This document shows, one piece after another, positions 40,907-51,024 of a stretch of DNA of 64,000 bases. This DNA is from Thermoanaerobaculia bacterium. GTDB taxonomy: Bacteria > Acidobacteriota > Thermoanaerobaculia > Multivoradales > Multivoraceae. The DNA lies in contig OY761158.1 of the NCBI GenBank assembly GCA_963664405.1, forward strand, positions 4,224,001 to 4,288,000, given 5' to 3'. Under the pieces are notes generated by a model. The model ran no database searches. It saw nothing but the letters and a program-made list of their open reading frames with translations, and was not told where the DNA came from. A program made the position numbers and the translations under genes. Numbering within the stretch: position 1 is the first letter of the stretch; every line of letters begins with the position of its first letter.

Positions 40907-41782
40907 ATGTTGGCCTCATTCACTGCTGCCATGGCGCTCGCGCTGCTGTCCTCTGCGATGCAGCCGGTCAACACTGTGGATGGCCGCTACCACCTGCCCG
41001 AGAACATGCTCGCCGCGCAGGGCGAGGAGGCGATGGTCCGCTTCGTGCCGGGGACTCTCGACAGGGCGTCTCACCTCTTGCGCCGCTTGGATGTCCTCGT
41101 CATGGATCTTCGAGCGCGGATCAAGACTCCGACACCACTCATTGGCCTCATTCTTTCGAGAAGGCACTGGGAGGAGGCGGGATTCGAACTCCCTTATGGG
41201 CTCCCTGTCTTGATCGGGGCCGGCTCGATCGCGGTTCCGGCCGAAGGCGACGAAACGACGGCGAGGCGTTGGAAGACCTGGTTGGGGACCGATCTCCCAC
41301 CCGTAGCTGGCGTGCCGATGGTCGGAACTGCCGAGCACGCCTCTTCCCTGGTACTCGCCGATGTGCTGCTTCAGCGCGCCGTGTGCGCTTTCGTTCTTGG
41401 ACGCGTCACCTTTACGGGCTCGGAGCAGTGGATCCAGGCGCTCCTCAGTCAGTTTGCGGCCTACACGCTTTTCTCGCTGTACGAGCCCACCCGAGTGCCT
41501 GAGATCGAGATGGTTTACCAGCGACTGCTCCAGAATCTTCCGGTGCTTCTGGCGATCGAACGAGATCGTCCGCCTGGAGTCGAGCGTTGGCTCTTACGTG
41601 AAGCTCAATACTTTGAGGGTGCCTCCTTGATGTATGGGCAAGTCGGCGCCAAGGGCCTGGACCGTTTGATCAAGAAAGTTCGCAAGGAGAAGAGAGCGAT
41701 CACCCGAGAGACCCTGCTCGAGCTCCATCCGGAGCTCGAGCCATGGCTCGTCGAGGTGTCCGAGGACCTCGGCGTCTCCTGA
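40907..41782 (+). CDS. Exported hypothetical protein
   Basis: Long ORF with signal-like N-terminus; TAGACT -10-like hexamer 7 nt before ATG. Confidence 0.65.
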   Translation: MLASFTAAMALALLSSAMQPVNTVDGRYHLPENMLAAQGEEAMVRFVPGTLDRASHLLRRLDVLVMDLRARIKTPTPLIGLILSRRHWEEAGFELPYGLPVLIGAGSIAVPAEGDETTARRWKTWLGTDLPPVAGVPMVGTAEHASSLVLADVLLQRAVCAFVLGRVTFTGSEQWIQALLSQFAAYTLFSLYEPTRVPEIEMVYQRLLQNLPVLLAIERDRPPGVERWLLREAQYFEGASLMYGQVGAKGLDRLIKKVRKEKRAITRETLLELHPELEPWLVEVSEDLGVS

Positions 41783-41848
41783 CAACTCCACGCCCAGAGT
41801 GTGGGATAATCGGTCCTTCGCTCGCCGCGGCGGGAAGGTTTTTGTGAG

Positions 41849-42883
41849 ATGAATAGCCCGAGGCCCCAAGGACCGCGAGACGTCTTCGAGCGCCCCATTG
41901 ACGATCTTCGAATTTCGGTGATCGATCGGTGCAATTTCCGCTGTACTTTCTGTATGCCGGCGGGGCACACCTATTCATTTCTGCCCCGCGAAGAGCTCCT
42001 CAGCTTCGAGGAGATCACACGACTCGCCAGGGTGTTCTCGACCCTGGGAGTCAGGAAGCTACGACTCACGGGCGGCGAGCCGCTACTTCGTACTGAGATC
42101 GAAAAGCTGGTGAGAATGCTCTCGGAGATCCCGGACATAGACGATCTGGCTCTCACCACCAACGGCCTTCTTTTGGAGCGTAAGGCAGCGCAGTTGAAGG
42201 AGGCGGGGCTTCAGCGAGTCACGGTCAGCTTTCAATCGCTGGACGACGAGGTTTTCGGCCGGATCAACGGCCAGGGCTACCGCGTTAGCGACGTTCTCAG
42301 AGGAATCGACGCGGCAGCTCAGGCTGGGCTCGATCCGGTAAAGATCAATGTAGTCGTGATGAAGGACACCAATGACGGGGAGATACCCGACATCGCCCGC
42401 TTTTTCAAGGAGCGAGGCCACGAGGTGCGCTTTATCGAGTACATGGACGTTGGGACCCTCAACGATTGGGACCCTGACGGCGTGGTGCCGGCGCGGGAGA
42501 TCGTCAGACGGGTGGAGGAAGCCCTGCCGGTCGAAGCCGTCGGTCGCGACCGGGCGAGCGATGTGGCGACAAGATTCCGCTATCGAGATGGCGGTGGCCG
42601 GATGGGGGTGATCGCGTCGGTTAGCGAGCCTTTCTGTGGCGCATGTGCGAGGGGTCGCATTTCAGCCGACGGAAGCTTCTACACTTGCCTCTTCGCCGCC
42701 GCGGGCCACGATCTCAAGACGAGCTTGCGATCAGGAGCCAGCGACGAGGAGATTCGTGAGCTCATATGGGGTATCTGGTCTACTCGCGACGATCGGTATT
42801 CGGAGCTCCGCAGCGAGGCGATAAGCTCTCGAACTCCTCTTTCATCTAACCGAAAAGTGGAGATGTTCCGTATCGGTGGGTAG
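41849..42883 (+). CDS. moaA: GTP 3',8-cyclase MoaA
   Basis: LRISVIDRCNFRCTFCMP, TGGEPLLR, FCGAC...R...C, C-terminal IGG. Confidence 0.96.
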   Translation: MNSPRPQGPRDVFERPIDDLRISVIDRCNFRCTFCMPAGHTYSFLPREELLSFEEITRLARVFSTLGVRKLRLTGGEPLLRTEIEKLVRMLSEIPDIDDLALTTNGLLLERKAAQLKEAGLQRVTVSFQSLDDEVFGRINGQGYRVSDVLRGIDAAAQAGLDPVKINVVVMKDTNDGEIPDIARFFKERGHEVRFIEYMDVGTLNDWDPDGVVPAREIVRRVEEALPVEAVGRDRASDVATRFRYRDGGGRMGVIASVSEPFCGACARGRISADGSFYTCLFAAAGHDLKTSLRSGASDEEIRELIWGIWSTRDDRYSELRSEAISSRTPLSSNRKVEMFRIGG

Positions 42884-42983
42884 CGGCCTTGGAATCCGGT
42901 TTGCGGGGTAGACGAGATATGCTTCGAGTCGCCCAGGGCTGGCCGCGGGGCGTTCCACGATCTAGGGAAGAGGTATCGAGCAG

Positions 42984-44942
42984 GTGACGGATCAGATCGT
43001 CATGATTAGGGAGATTGGGGAGGCTCCTCTCGAGCCCGATCGGGTGGGAGAGGCTCTCGATCGGGCCAAGGAGCGCCTGGCATCTCTTCAGGAGGCCGAC
43101 GGCCATTGGTGTGCCGAGCTCGAAGGGGATTCGATCCTCGAGTCAGAGTATGCCCTGACGCTTTACTTTCTGGGTCGCGGTGACGGGCCGGAGCTTGGCC
43201 AGTTGGCCAACCATCTGCGAGCGCAGCGAGTTGCGGATGGGGCCTGGGGAAATTACCCCGGTGGCCCTCCGGAAGTGAGCACCTCGACCAAGGCGTACTT
43301 CGTCCTGAAGCTGGCTGGCGACGACCCCGAGGCTCCTCACATGTGCGAGGCTCGCGAGGCTATCCGTCGCCTGGGTGGTACCGGAGCCTGCAACTCCTAC
43401 ACCCGCCTGCTGCTCAGCATGTTCGGCGTCCTTAACTGGCGCGATGCCCCCGCGGTGCCTCCGGAGATCATCCTCTTGCCGCGATGGTTCTACTTCAATA
43501 TCTACGAGATGTCGGCTTGGTCGCGTGCGATCGTAGTGCCTCTCTCGATTATCTGGGCGCACAAGCCTCTTTGCCCGGTAGCTCCAGAGCATCACCTCGA
43601 TGAGCTCGTTGTAGCCTCTGCGGATATACCTGACGCGCCCCGCCTCGAGACGTGGCGCGAGAGGTTCTGGGGTCTCTTTTTTCGTGGCGTCGATGCCGCC
43701 CTGAAGGTGATCGACGATCTCGGCCTGGTACCGCTTCGCCGGATTGCTCTGAGGCGGGCCGAGGCCTGGGTAGTGGAGCGCTTGGAGGGTGGGGGTGGTC
43801 TCGGCGCTATTTTCCCTTCGATCATGAACACGATCCTCGCTTTGGTTTGTCAGGGTCGGTCGCAAGACGACCCCCTCGTCGCAGGTGAGCTCGAGGAATT
43901 GAAGGCGCTGGAGATCCTGGATGGTGACTGTCTACGCCTACAGCCGTGCTTGTCCCCGGTCTGGGATACCGCGCTGGCGATGAACGCCTTGGTGGCGGCC
44001 CGCTCGCCCGCCGAGGATCCGGCCCTGCAGCGGGCGGCAGCCTGGCTACTCGACAAGGAGGTACGTCGCGTCGGTGATTGGAAGCACAAGAATCCGAAGG
44101 GTCGCCCAGGGGGTTGGTTCTTCGAGTACTCCAACGAGTTTTACCCGGACTGTGACGACACTGCCGAGGTGATGATCGTTCTGTCGCAGGTAGCGATGGT
44201 CGACGGCGGTGACGAGGAGCGTCGGCGCGCCGCGTTGCAAAGAGCGCTGGCCTGGCAGCTCTCGATGCAGTGCCGGTCAGGCGGGTGGGGTGCTTTCGAC
44301 AAGGACTGTGATCATGAGGTCCTCGATCTGGTGCCGTTCGCCGATCACAACGCCATGCTCGACCCTCCGACCGTCGATGTCACGGCGCGCACCCTGGAGG
44401 CTCTGGTGAAGATGGGGCTCGATCCCTCTCATCCAGCGATCCGTAAGGGGGTTGCTTTCCTGTGGGCGGAGCAGGAGCCTGAAGGGTGCTGGTACGGACG
44501 CTGGGGAGCGAACTACGTCTATGGGACCTGGTTAGCTCTGAGCGGCCTTCGCCTCGTCGGCGAGGAGATGATGGATTTGCGGATGCGGCGCGCGGTGGAC
44601 TGGTTCCTCGACTGCCAGAACGACGATGGCGGCTGGGGCGAGTCGCTTCTTTCCTACTCCGACCCCGAGACCAAGGGCCGTGGGCCGACCACGGTCTCCC
44701 AAACGTCGTGGGCGCTCCTCGGGCTTCTCGCCGCCGCAGACCTAGGGAGTGCTCGCGTTCAGTCGGCTCTCGGTCGTGGAATCGACTTCTTGCTCTCGAC
44801 TCAAGGTGAGGACGGCGGTTGGTACGACGAATTCTGGACAGGGACCGGTTTCCCCAAGGTCTTTTATCTGCGCTATCACCTCTACCCCTGCTATTTCCCG
44901 CTGCAGGCCCTGGCTGCCTACCGGCGTGCCGTGGAGTTATAA
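42984..44942 (+). CDS. shc: Squalene-hopene cyclase
   Basis: DCDDTA (DxDD), QW repeats (QNDDGGW, QGEDGGW), SPVWDT, GTGFPKVFYLRY. Confidence 0.96.
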   Translation: MTDQIVMIREIGEAPLEPDRVGEALDRAKERLASLQEADGHWCAELEGDSILESEYALTLYFLGRGDGPELGQLANHLRAQRVADGAWGNYPGGPPEVSTSTKAYFVLKLAGDDPEAPHMCEAREAIRRLGGTGACNSYTRLLLSMFGVLNWRDAPAVPPEIILLPRWFYFNIYEMSAWSRAIVVPLSIIWAHKPLCPVAPEHHLDELVVASADIPDAPRLETWRERFWGLFFRGVDAALKVIDDLGLVPLRRIALRRAEAWVVERLEGGGGLGAIFPSIMNTILALVCQGRSQDDPLVAGELEELKALEILDGDCLRLQPCLSPVWDTALAMNALVAARSPAEDPALQRAAAWLLDKEVRRVGDWKHKNPKGRPGGWFFEYSNEFYPDCDDTAEVMIVLSQVAMVDGGDEERRRAALQRALAWQLSMQCRSGGWGAFDKDCDHEVLDLVPFADHNAMLDPPTVDVTARTLEALVKMGLDPSHPAIRKGVAFLWAEQEPEGCWYGRWGANYVYGTWLALSGLRLVGEEMMDLRMRRAVDWFLDCQNDDGGWGESLLSYSDPETKGRGPTTVSQTSWALLGLLAAADLGSARVQSALGRGIDFLLSTQGEDGGWYDEFWTGTGFPKVFYLRYHLYPCYFPLQALAAYRRAVEL

Positions 44943-44983
44943 GATGTCTCGGCGATAGCGCCGAGTGAGAAGGAACCAAGTCG

Positions 44984-45985
44984 ATGCGACACCCTCTGCA
45001 CATGATGACCGACATGATGAAGCTCGGACTGCGCAACGCTCTGAAGGGCAATAAGCGTTATCCCTACGTGCTCATGTTGGAGCCGCTCTACACCTGCAAC
45101 CTCGCATGTCTAGGGTGTGCCAAGGAGCGCCACACCGGAAAGCTGAAGGATCGCTTAGCGCTGGAGGAGTGTTTCGAGGCCGTTGAAGAGAGCGGCGCAC
45201 CGACGGTCTCCATCTGCGGCGGCGAGCCCACGATCTATCCGGAGCTTGCCGAGCTGATCGCCGGCATCATCGCCCGCAATCGCCACATCATCCTGTGCAC
45301 CAATGCCCTACTTCTGGACGAGAATCTATTCGGCAAGGTCGCCCCTCATAAGAGGCTGACGGTGAACGTTCACCTCGATGGACTTCAGGAGACTCACGAC
45401 TACGTATGCGCCCGAGAGGGTGTTTACACCAAGGCGTTGGAGATGATCAAAGAGTCCAAACGGCTCGGGTACCACACAACCACCAACACCACGATTTTCA
45501 AAGAGACCGAGATCGACGAGGTGGAGGAGCTGTGTCGTGTTCTTGCGGAGATCCCGGTCGATGGCATGCTCATCTCTCCCGGCTACCAGTACGAGTCGGT
45601 TGACGCGGATATGTTTCTGACCCGTCAGGATACTGAGAAGAAGTTCGAGCGAGTGCTCGAGATCGCGAAAAAGTACCGGGTCACCTCCACGCCGATGTTT
45701 CTCGAGTTCGCAGCCGGCAAGCGGGACTACGAGTGCTCGCCGTGGAGCACGGTTACCCGCACTCCCCTTGGATGGAAGGGCCCCTGCTATCTGATTGGCA
45801 AGCAGTACTCCGAGACTTGGGAAGAGTTTTGGAACGGTACCGATTGGTCGTATTGGGAGTCTCGTCAGGACGATCTCTGCCAGAATTGCTCCATGCACTC
45901 CGGTTTCGAGGCTTCGGTTGTGCGTAATCTGCACAAGAGCCCGCGCGACATGCTCCGCATGGCGAGCTGGTACCTCTCCGCCTAG
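44984..45985 (+). CDS. hpnH: Adenosylhopane synthase (radical SAM) HpnH
   Basis: PYVLMLEPLYTCNLACLGC, CSPW, PCYL, CQNCSMHSGFE; follows shc. Confidence 0.9.
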   Translation: MRHPLHMMTDMMKLGLRNALKGNKRYPYVLMLEPLYTCNLACLGCAKERHTGKLKDRLALEECFEAVEESGAPTVSICGGEPTIYPELAELIAGIIARNRHIILCTNALLLDENLFGKVAPHKRLTVNVHLDGLQETHDYVCAREGVYTKALEMIKESKRLGYHTTTNTTIFKETEIDEVEELCRVLAEIPVDGMLISPGYQYESVDADMFLTRQDTEKKFERVLEIAKKYRVTSTPMFLEFAAGKRDYECSPWSTVTRTPLGWKGPCYLIGKQYSETWEEFWNGTDWSYWESRQDDLCQNCSMHSGFEASVVRNLHKSPRDMLRMASWYLSA

Positions 45986-46130
45986 CCTAGGCTCCAGAAA
46001 TGATGGCTATCATTTCCTCCGCCTAGTTGTCTCTTGGCGCCGAGGACGGCGCACTTGGGCGTTGCTTCCTATTCGCTCACGGAAACGGCTCAGGACGAAT
46101 ACTCGGACACGCTCCTAGCCTCCAGAAATG

Positions 46131-47414
46131 GGCTCTTCAGGATTTCGTGTGGGTTGATCGTATGCTGCGAGTATGCGAGATCGAGAGCTTTACGCCCAGC
46201 TTCTTGGGATCGAGGAGCCGTGGCATGTGACAGATGTAGAGCTAGGTCCAGAGACGGTGGAAGTGCACTTGGAGAACGGGTCACGGAAGCTAGCGTGTCC
46301 GGAATGCGGAGCGGCGAGTCCGCGCTACGACACGCGTGAGCGCAAGTGGCGTCACCTCGACACGATGCAGTACATGACGGTTCTGGTCGCGGAGGTTCCT
46401 CGTGTGAAGTGCGGAGATCACGGCGTCCGTCAGGTTCGTGTGCCGTGGGCCGAGGTCGGCTCGGGCTTCACGGCACAGTTCGAGCGGCTGGCGATCGACT
46501 GGCTTGGAGAGTCGAATCTCTCGGCTGTTGCCCGGCTTCTGCGTTTGAGCTGGGATCAGATCGACGGGGTTCAGCAGCGTGCCGTGGGCCGAGGATTGGC
46601 CCGCAGAACGCTGCGCCCGACCCGCCATCTGGGTGTAGACGAGACGTCGTTTCAACGCCGGCACGAGTACGTCACGGTGGTCGTGGACAGCAGTCACGGG
46701 ACGGTGGTTCACGTCGCGGACGGTCGGGGTCGGGAAGCTCTAGGGAAGTTTTTGCAAGGTGCTCCAGCGTCGTGGCTTAGCCAGGTGGAGACGCTGGCGA
46801 TGGACATGTGGGGCCCCTACATCTCGGCGGCCAGCGAGCATCTCGACAAGCCGCTTGAGCGCATCGTCTTTGACAAGTTTCACGTCGCCAAGCTTCTGGG
46901 TGACGCCGTCGATCGTGTCCGTCGCCAGGAACATCGAGACCTTCGCTCGGATGGCGACGATCGGCTCAGTCGGACTCGCTACCTCTGGTTGCGCAATCCC
47001 GACCACATGACCTCGGAGCAGGAGCTTCGCTTCGAGGAGCTTCGCAATAGCGCACTGAAAACGGCACGGGCCTGGGCGATCAAGGAGCTGGCGATGACCG
47101 TGTGGGAGACCAGCGCCGCGGACGACGCCGAACAGGCCTGGGCCTCCTGGTACTCCTGGGCGATCCGTTCCCGCCTCGCTCCCATCAAGAAGGTGGCCAA
47201 AACCCTACGCCATTACCTGTGGGGCATCGTCAACGCCATGAAGACCGGCGTCACCAACGCCATGTCCGAGGGCCTCAACACCAAGATCCAGAACATCAAA
47301 AGAGCCGCGCGAGGATTCCGTAATCGGGAGCGATTCCGCAACGCCATCTACTTCCATCTTGGAGGGCTCGATCTCTACCCGAGGCCTGTTGCCCACACGA
47401 AATCCTGAAGAGCC
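46131..47414 (+). mobile_element. Complete ISL3-family insertion sequence
   Basis: 23 bp perfect inverted repeats GGCTCTTCAGGATTTCGTGTGGG; 8 bp target duplication CAGAAATG (46123-46130, 47415-47422). Confidence 0.95.
46173..47408 (+). CDS. ISL3-family transposase
   Basis: CPECG zinc finger, RKWRHLD, VPWA, GVDE, MDM, DKFH, EGLNTKI, ARGFRN. Confidence 0.95.
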   Translation: MRDRELYAQLLGIEEPWHVTDVELGPETVEVHLENGSRKLACPECGAASPRYDTRERKWRHLDTMQYMTVLVAEVPRVKCGDHGVRQVRVPWAEVGSGFTAQFERLAIDWLGESNLSAVARLLRLSWDQIDGVQQRAVGRGLARRTLRPTRHLGVDETSFQRRHEYVTVVVDSSHGTVVHVADGRGREALGKFLQGAPASWLSQVETLAMDMWGPYISAASEHLDKPLERIVFDKFHVAKLLGDAVDRVRRQEHRDLRSDGDDRLSRTRYLWLRNPDHMTSEQELRFEELRNSALKTARAWAIKELAMTVWETSAADDAEQAWASWYSWAIRSRLAPIKKVAKTLRHYLWGIVNAMKTGVTNAMSEGLNTKIQNIKRAARGFRNRERFRNAIYFHLGGLDLYPRPVAHTKS

Positions 47415-48076
47415 CAGAAATGATGGCTATCATTTCCTCCGGCTAGTTTCTGTTTGGCGCCGAGGACGGCGCAGGTAGGCGTTGCTCCCTATTCGCTTCG
47501 GGTATCGGTGTCGTTTCAGGCTCCTAGCCCGAGAGGAAATGATGGCTATCATTTCCTCCGGCTAGTTTCTGTTTGGCGCCGAGGACGGCGCAGGTGGGTG
47601 TTGCTTCCTATTCGCTTCGGGTATCGGTGTCGTTTCAGGCTCCTAGCCCGAGAGGAAGTGATGGCTATCATTTCCTCCGGCTAGTTTCTGTTTGGCGCCG
47701 AGGACGGCGCAGGTGGGCGTTGCTCCCTATTCGCTTCGGGCATCGGGTGTCGTTTCAGGCTCCTAGCCCGAGAGGAAATGATGGCTATCATTTCCTCCGG
47801 CTAGTTTCTGTTTGGCGCCGAGGACGGCGCAGGTGGGTGTTGCTTCCTATTCACTTCGGGTATCGGGTGTCGTTTCAGGCTCCTAGCCTGAGAGGAAGTG
47901 ATGGCTATCATTTCCTCCGGCTAGTTTCTGTTTGGCGCCGAGGACGGCGCAGGTGGGCGTTGCTCCCTATTCGCTTCGGGTATCGGTGTCGTTCCCCAGG
48001 CTCCTAGCCCAAGAGGAAATGATGGCGCCGAGACGGCGCGTCCTCCGGGAGGGCGATCTGGGGTACCCTGAAGCTG

Positions 48077-49069
48077 ATGACGGCGCTGGTCACGGGTGGC
48101 ACCGGCTTTGTCGGCGCCCACTTGGTGCGTGCACTATTGGCTCGGGGCGAGCCTGTGCGCTGCCTGGTGCGCGAAGGAAGTCGGAGAGACAACCTGGCGG
48201 GGCTCGACGTCGAGTTGGTGGAAGGGGACTTGCGCGACTCTGCGTCTCTGGAGGCGGCTGTCGAGGGCTGTGACACCGTGTTTCACTGTGCCGCCGACTA
48301 TCGGCTTTACGTCAGGAACCCCGACGAGCTCTACGCAACGAACGTCGAAGGTACACGCAGTCTGTTGACGGCCGCTGATCGCGGAGGTGTCGCCCGAGTG
48401 GTTTACACCTCGAGTGTTGGCGCCTTGGGACTCGAGCGGAGTGCTGAGGCAGCCACCGAAGAGACCCCGGTCACGCTCGAGAGCATGGTCGGACATTACA
48501 AGAGGAGCAAATATCTGGCCGAGCGGGTCGCGGTCGAGTTTGCGGAGGGGGGCCTCCACGTGGTGATCGTCAATCCCTCCACTCCGGTGGGGGAGCTCGA
48601 TATCAAACCGACGCCGACGGGTCAGATGATCGTCGACTTCCTCAACCGCAAGATGCCGGCCTATGTCGATACCGGACTCAACCTGGTCGATGTTCGAGAT
48701 GTCGCCGAGGGCCACCTACTCGCGGCGGAGCGCGGCCGACCAGGGGAGCGATATATCCTCGGTAATCGCAACCTCAGCCTGCGCGAGATTCTGGTCTTGC
48801 TCTCTCGTCTGACCGGCCTACCGGCGCCACGACTCCGGGTACCGCATTGGCTGCCTCTTTCGTTCGCTCTTTTGGATACGGCGGTTGCGCGCCTCCGTGG
48901 TCGCGAGCCGCGGGTTGCCGTCGACAGCGTACGCATGTCACGGCACAAGATGTATTTCGATGCCTCCAAGGCGGTGGAGGAGCTCGGGTTCCGGCAGACG
49001 CCGGTTGAGGACGCGTTGGAGCGGGCGGTCAGCTGGTTTCGTGCCGGCGGCTACGCTCCCAGCCCGTGA
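48077..49069 (+). CDS. hpnA: Hopanoid-associated NAD-dependent epimerase/dehydratase HpnA
   Basis: TGGTGFVG, HCAADYRL, GHYKRSK, NPSTPVG, KPTPTG, DTGLNLVDV. Confidence 0.9.
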   Translation: MTALVTGGTGFVGAHLVRALLARGEPVRCLVREGSRRDNLAGLDVELVEGDLRDSASLEAAVEGCDTVFHCAADYRLYVRNPDELYATNVEGTRSLLTAADRGGVARVVYTSSVGALGLERSAEAATEETPVTLESMVGHYKRSKYLAERVAVEFAEGGLHVVIVNPSTPVGELDIKPTPTGQMIVDFLNRKMPAYVDTGLNLVDVRDVAEGHLLAAERGRPGERYILGNRNLSLREILVLLSRLTGLPAPRLRVPHWLPLSFALLDTAVARLRGREPRVAVDSVRMSRHKMYFDASKAVEELGFRQTPVEDALERAVSWFRAGGYAPSP

Positions 49070-49863
49070 TCGGAGACTTCTGGGGTGATGACGGAGGGTT
49101 TGATCTCTTGAGCGCCGGCGCCGAGCTCGCGATCATTGCAGCGCAGCGGGAGGAGGTACAACCGCTCCTCGCTCGCCTGAGCTCGCGTCGCCGCGGTCAG
49201 CTCCAGAGTGTCCCCTACTGGACAGGCGGATTGGCCGGTACCGAGGTCCTGGTCGCGATCAGCGGAGTTGGGCAAGAGCGGGCCCGCATCGCTGCCGAGG
49301 AGCTGCTCTCCCAGTCGGTGCCTTTCTTGATGGTGGTCGGGGTGGCAGGCGCGTTGAGCCCAGAGCTCGAGATCGGGTGCATCCTGGCAGCCGAGGAAGT
49401 CTGGGCCGAGGGCGCCGCGGCGTTGGCGTGCGACAGGGAAATTCTCGCTCTTGCAAGTGCTCGTCCAAGAGTGCAGGTGGGCGCGATTCTCACCCTCGAC
49501 CACATCGTTGCCACAGTAGCTGAGCGCGCCTCCCTCCTTCGCTCCCTCGGCTCGCCCGCTGCGGCTGTTGCTGTGGACATGGAGTCCTGGGACTTCCTCG
49601 ACGTTGCCAAGCAGTGCGCCGTCCCCTGTACCGTGCTTCGCGCCATCAGTGACACTTCTCGCGAGAACCTCCCCACCTTCCTCGAGCGCGGCCGCAGGCC
49701 CGACGGCACCCTCAATCGGGGTCGCGTCGCGCTCTCGGCCCTGGCCCGGCCGGCCTCGATTCCCAGTCTGCTGGCACTCCGGCGACGTGTCCGTGTCGGT
49801 GCCGAGGATCTGGCCGAGTTGGTGGAGAATCTGGCCCCCTCGGCCGCGGCGGTTGCTCCCTAG
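49066..49863 (+). CDS. Nucleoside phosphorylase/MTA-nucleosidase-like protein (HpnG-like)
   Basis: SGVG, GVAGAL, AVDMES, RAISD; hopanoid gene context. Confidence 0.8.
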   Translation: MIGDFWGDDGGFDLLSAGAELAIIAAQREEVQPLLARLSSRRRGQLQSVPYWTGGLAGTEVLVAISGVGQERARIAAEELLSQSVPFLMVVGVAGALSPELEIGCILAAEEVWAEGAAALACDREILALASARPRVQVGAILTLDHIVATVAERASLLRSLGSPAAAVAVDMESWDFLDVAKQCAVPCTVLRAISDTSRENLPTFLERGRRPDGTLNRGRVALSALARPASIPSLLALRRRVRVGAEDLAELVENLAPSAAAVAP

Positions 49864-50025
49864 ACCAGCGTTTCCAAAGCTCGCGTACATATCTCGGCCC
49901 CTTCTGCCCGCTGGCGGCGTTACGCCTCCTCGATATATTGCCCAATATGCCTGCGTCGGCGCGCCTAGCCAGCGAACAGAATGACCTCGAGCTATGCAAC
50001 CCGAACTTTGGAAGCGCTGGTCTAG
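49860..50025. repeat. Family-B palindromic element, copy B2
   Basis: CTAGACCAGCGTTTCCAAAG...CTTTGGAAGCGCTGGTCTAG; first TAG is the stop of the upstream gene. Confidence 0.92.
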
Positions 50026-50154
50026 CTCCGCCGAGGGAGATTTGGGGGGAGGTTCCTGCTTGCCTGGTAGCATCTCGGCTCGGACCGCAATCACCAAACC
50101 TGCGCTCGGGCCGAACCGGCACCTTGGCCTTGACGGAAGAATGGGAGTAAGACT

Positions 50155-50985
50155 TTGAGCGAGATTCTCTACCAGGTGAGCGACCCGGTCGCCACCATTA
50201 CTCTCAACCGGCCAGAGCGATTGAATGCGCTGAGCTACTCGTTGCTCGCCGATTTACGCGAAGCGGTCGATCAAGCGGCCACGGACCCAGAGGTAGTCGG
50301 AATCGTCATTACCGGCGCCGGTCGGGGGTTCTGTGCCGGCCTCGATACCGACGCACTGGCTGCAGTCGCCAAATCTGGTGGCAGCCAGAGTAGCGCTCCG
50401 ACGGAGGGGCGCAAAGGGCTCTTTTCCTACCTTTGCGAGGTCCCCAAGCCGGTCCTTGCCGCCGTCAACGGTGTGGCGGCGGGAGGCGGCTACGTCTTGG
50501 CCACGATGTGCGACCTGCGTATCGGTGGCCCCGGCGCCCGGTTCACCAGTGTCTTCTCGAAGCGGGGCTTGGTAGCGGAGCACGGAGTCACTTGGACCAC
50601 TCCAAGACTGGTGGGCCTGGGGCGTGCTCTCGATCTGCTCTGGACCTCGCGGATGGTCGATGCGCAAGAGGCCTATCGGATCGGGCTTCTGGAGTTCCTT
50701 GCCGAGGACCCGGTGGCTGAGGCTCGTGATTACATTGTTGCCTTGGCCGAAACGGTGTCCCCCACTTCAATCGCGGATACTAAGCGGATGGTGTGGGATC
50801 ACGCTGGGCTCGACGTCGATACCTCGCTCGACGATGCTTTCGAGGTGGTGCAGTCGCAGTTCGATCGCCCCGATATCGCCGAGGGTGTCCATTCGTTTCT
50901 CGAGAAACGCCCGGCCTCGTTCCCTCGTCTGGGCTCGCCGGAGGCTCATCCGCCTCATCCCGGCCGTCGCCGGGGGACGCCTTGA
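50155..50985 (+). CDS. Enoyl-CoA hydratase/isomerase family protein
   Basis: TLNRPERLNA, GAGRGFCAGLD, PKPVLAAVNG, EGV-SFLEKR. Confidence 0.9.
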   Translation: MSEILYQVSDPVATITLNRPERLNALSYSLLADLREAVDQAATDPEVVGIVITGAGRGFCAGLDTDALAAVAKSGGSQSSAPTEGRKGLFSYLCEVPKPVLAAVNGVAAGGGYVLATMCDLRIGGPGARFTSVFSKRGLVAEHGVTWTTPRLVGLGRALDLLWTSRMVDAQEAYRIGLLEFLAEDPVAEARDYIVALAETVSPTSIADTKRMVWDHAGLDVDTSLDDAFEVVQSQFDRPDIAEGVHSFLEKRPASFPRLGSPEAHPPHPGRRRGTP

Positions 50986-51024
50986 TTTGACTTGATTCGG
51001 GCTTTCACGCAGACTGTCTGCCGC

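Larger units (their letters stand above)
45987..48040 (+). repeat. Family-A tandem array 1: one 128 bp unit, one unit split by ISL3, four 119-121 bp units and a fused partial unit
   Basis: Unit-start CTAG at 45987, 46115, 47524, 47643, 47763, 47883, 48004; hairpins GAAATGAT-ggct-ATCATTTC and GCGCCG-agga-CGGCGC. Confidence 0.95.

Noticed and set aside
47415-48040. CRISPR array
   Set aside because: Units of about 120 bp are near-identical along their whole length, there are no unique spacers, and no cas genes are in the window.
47454-48273. MAPRTAQVG repeat ORFs
   Set aside because: Translations of family-A units whose frame shifts between copies; no evidence of coding selection.
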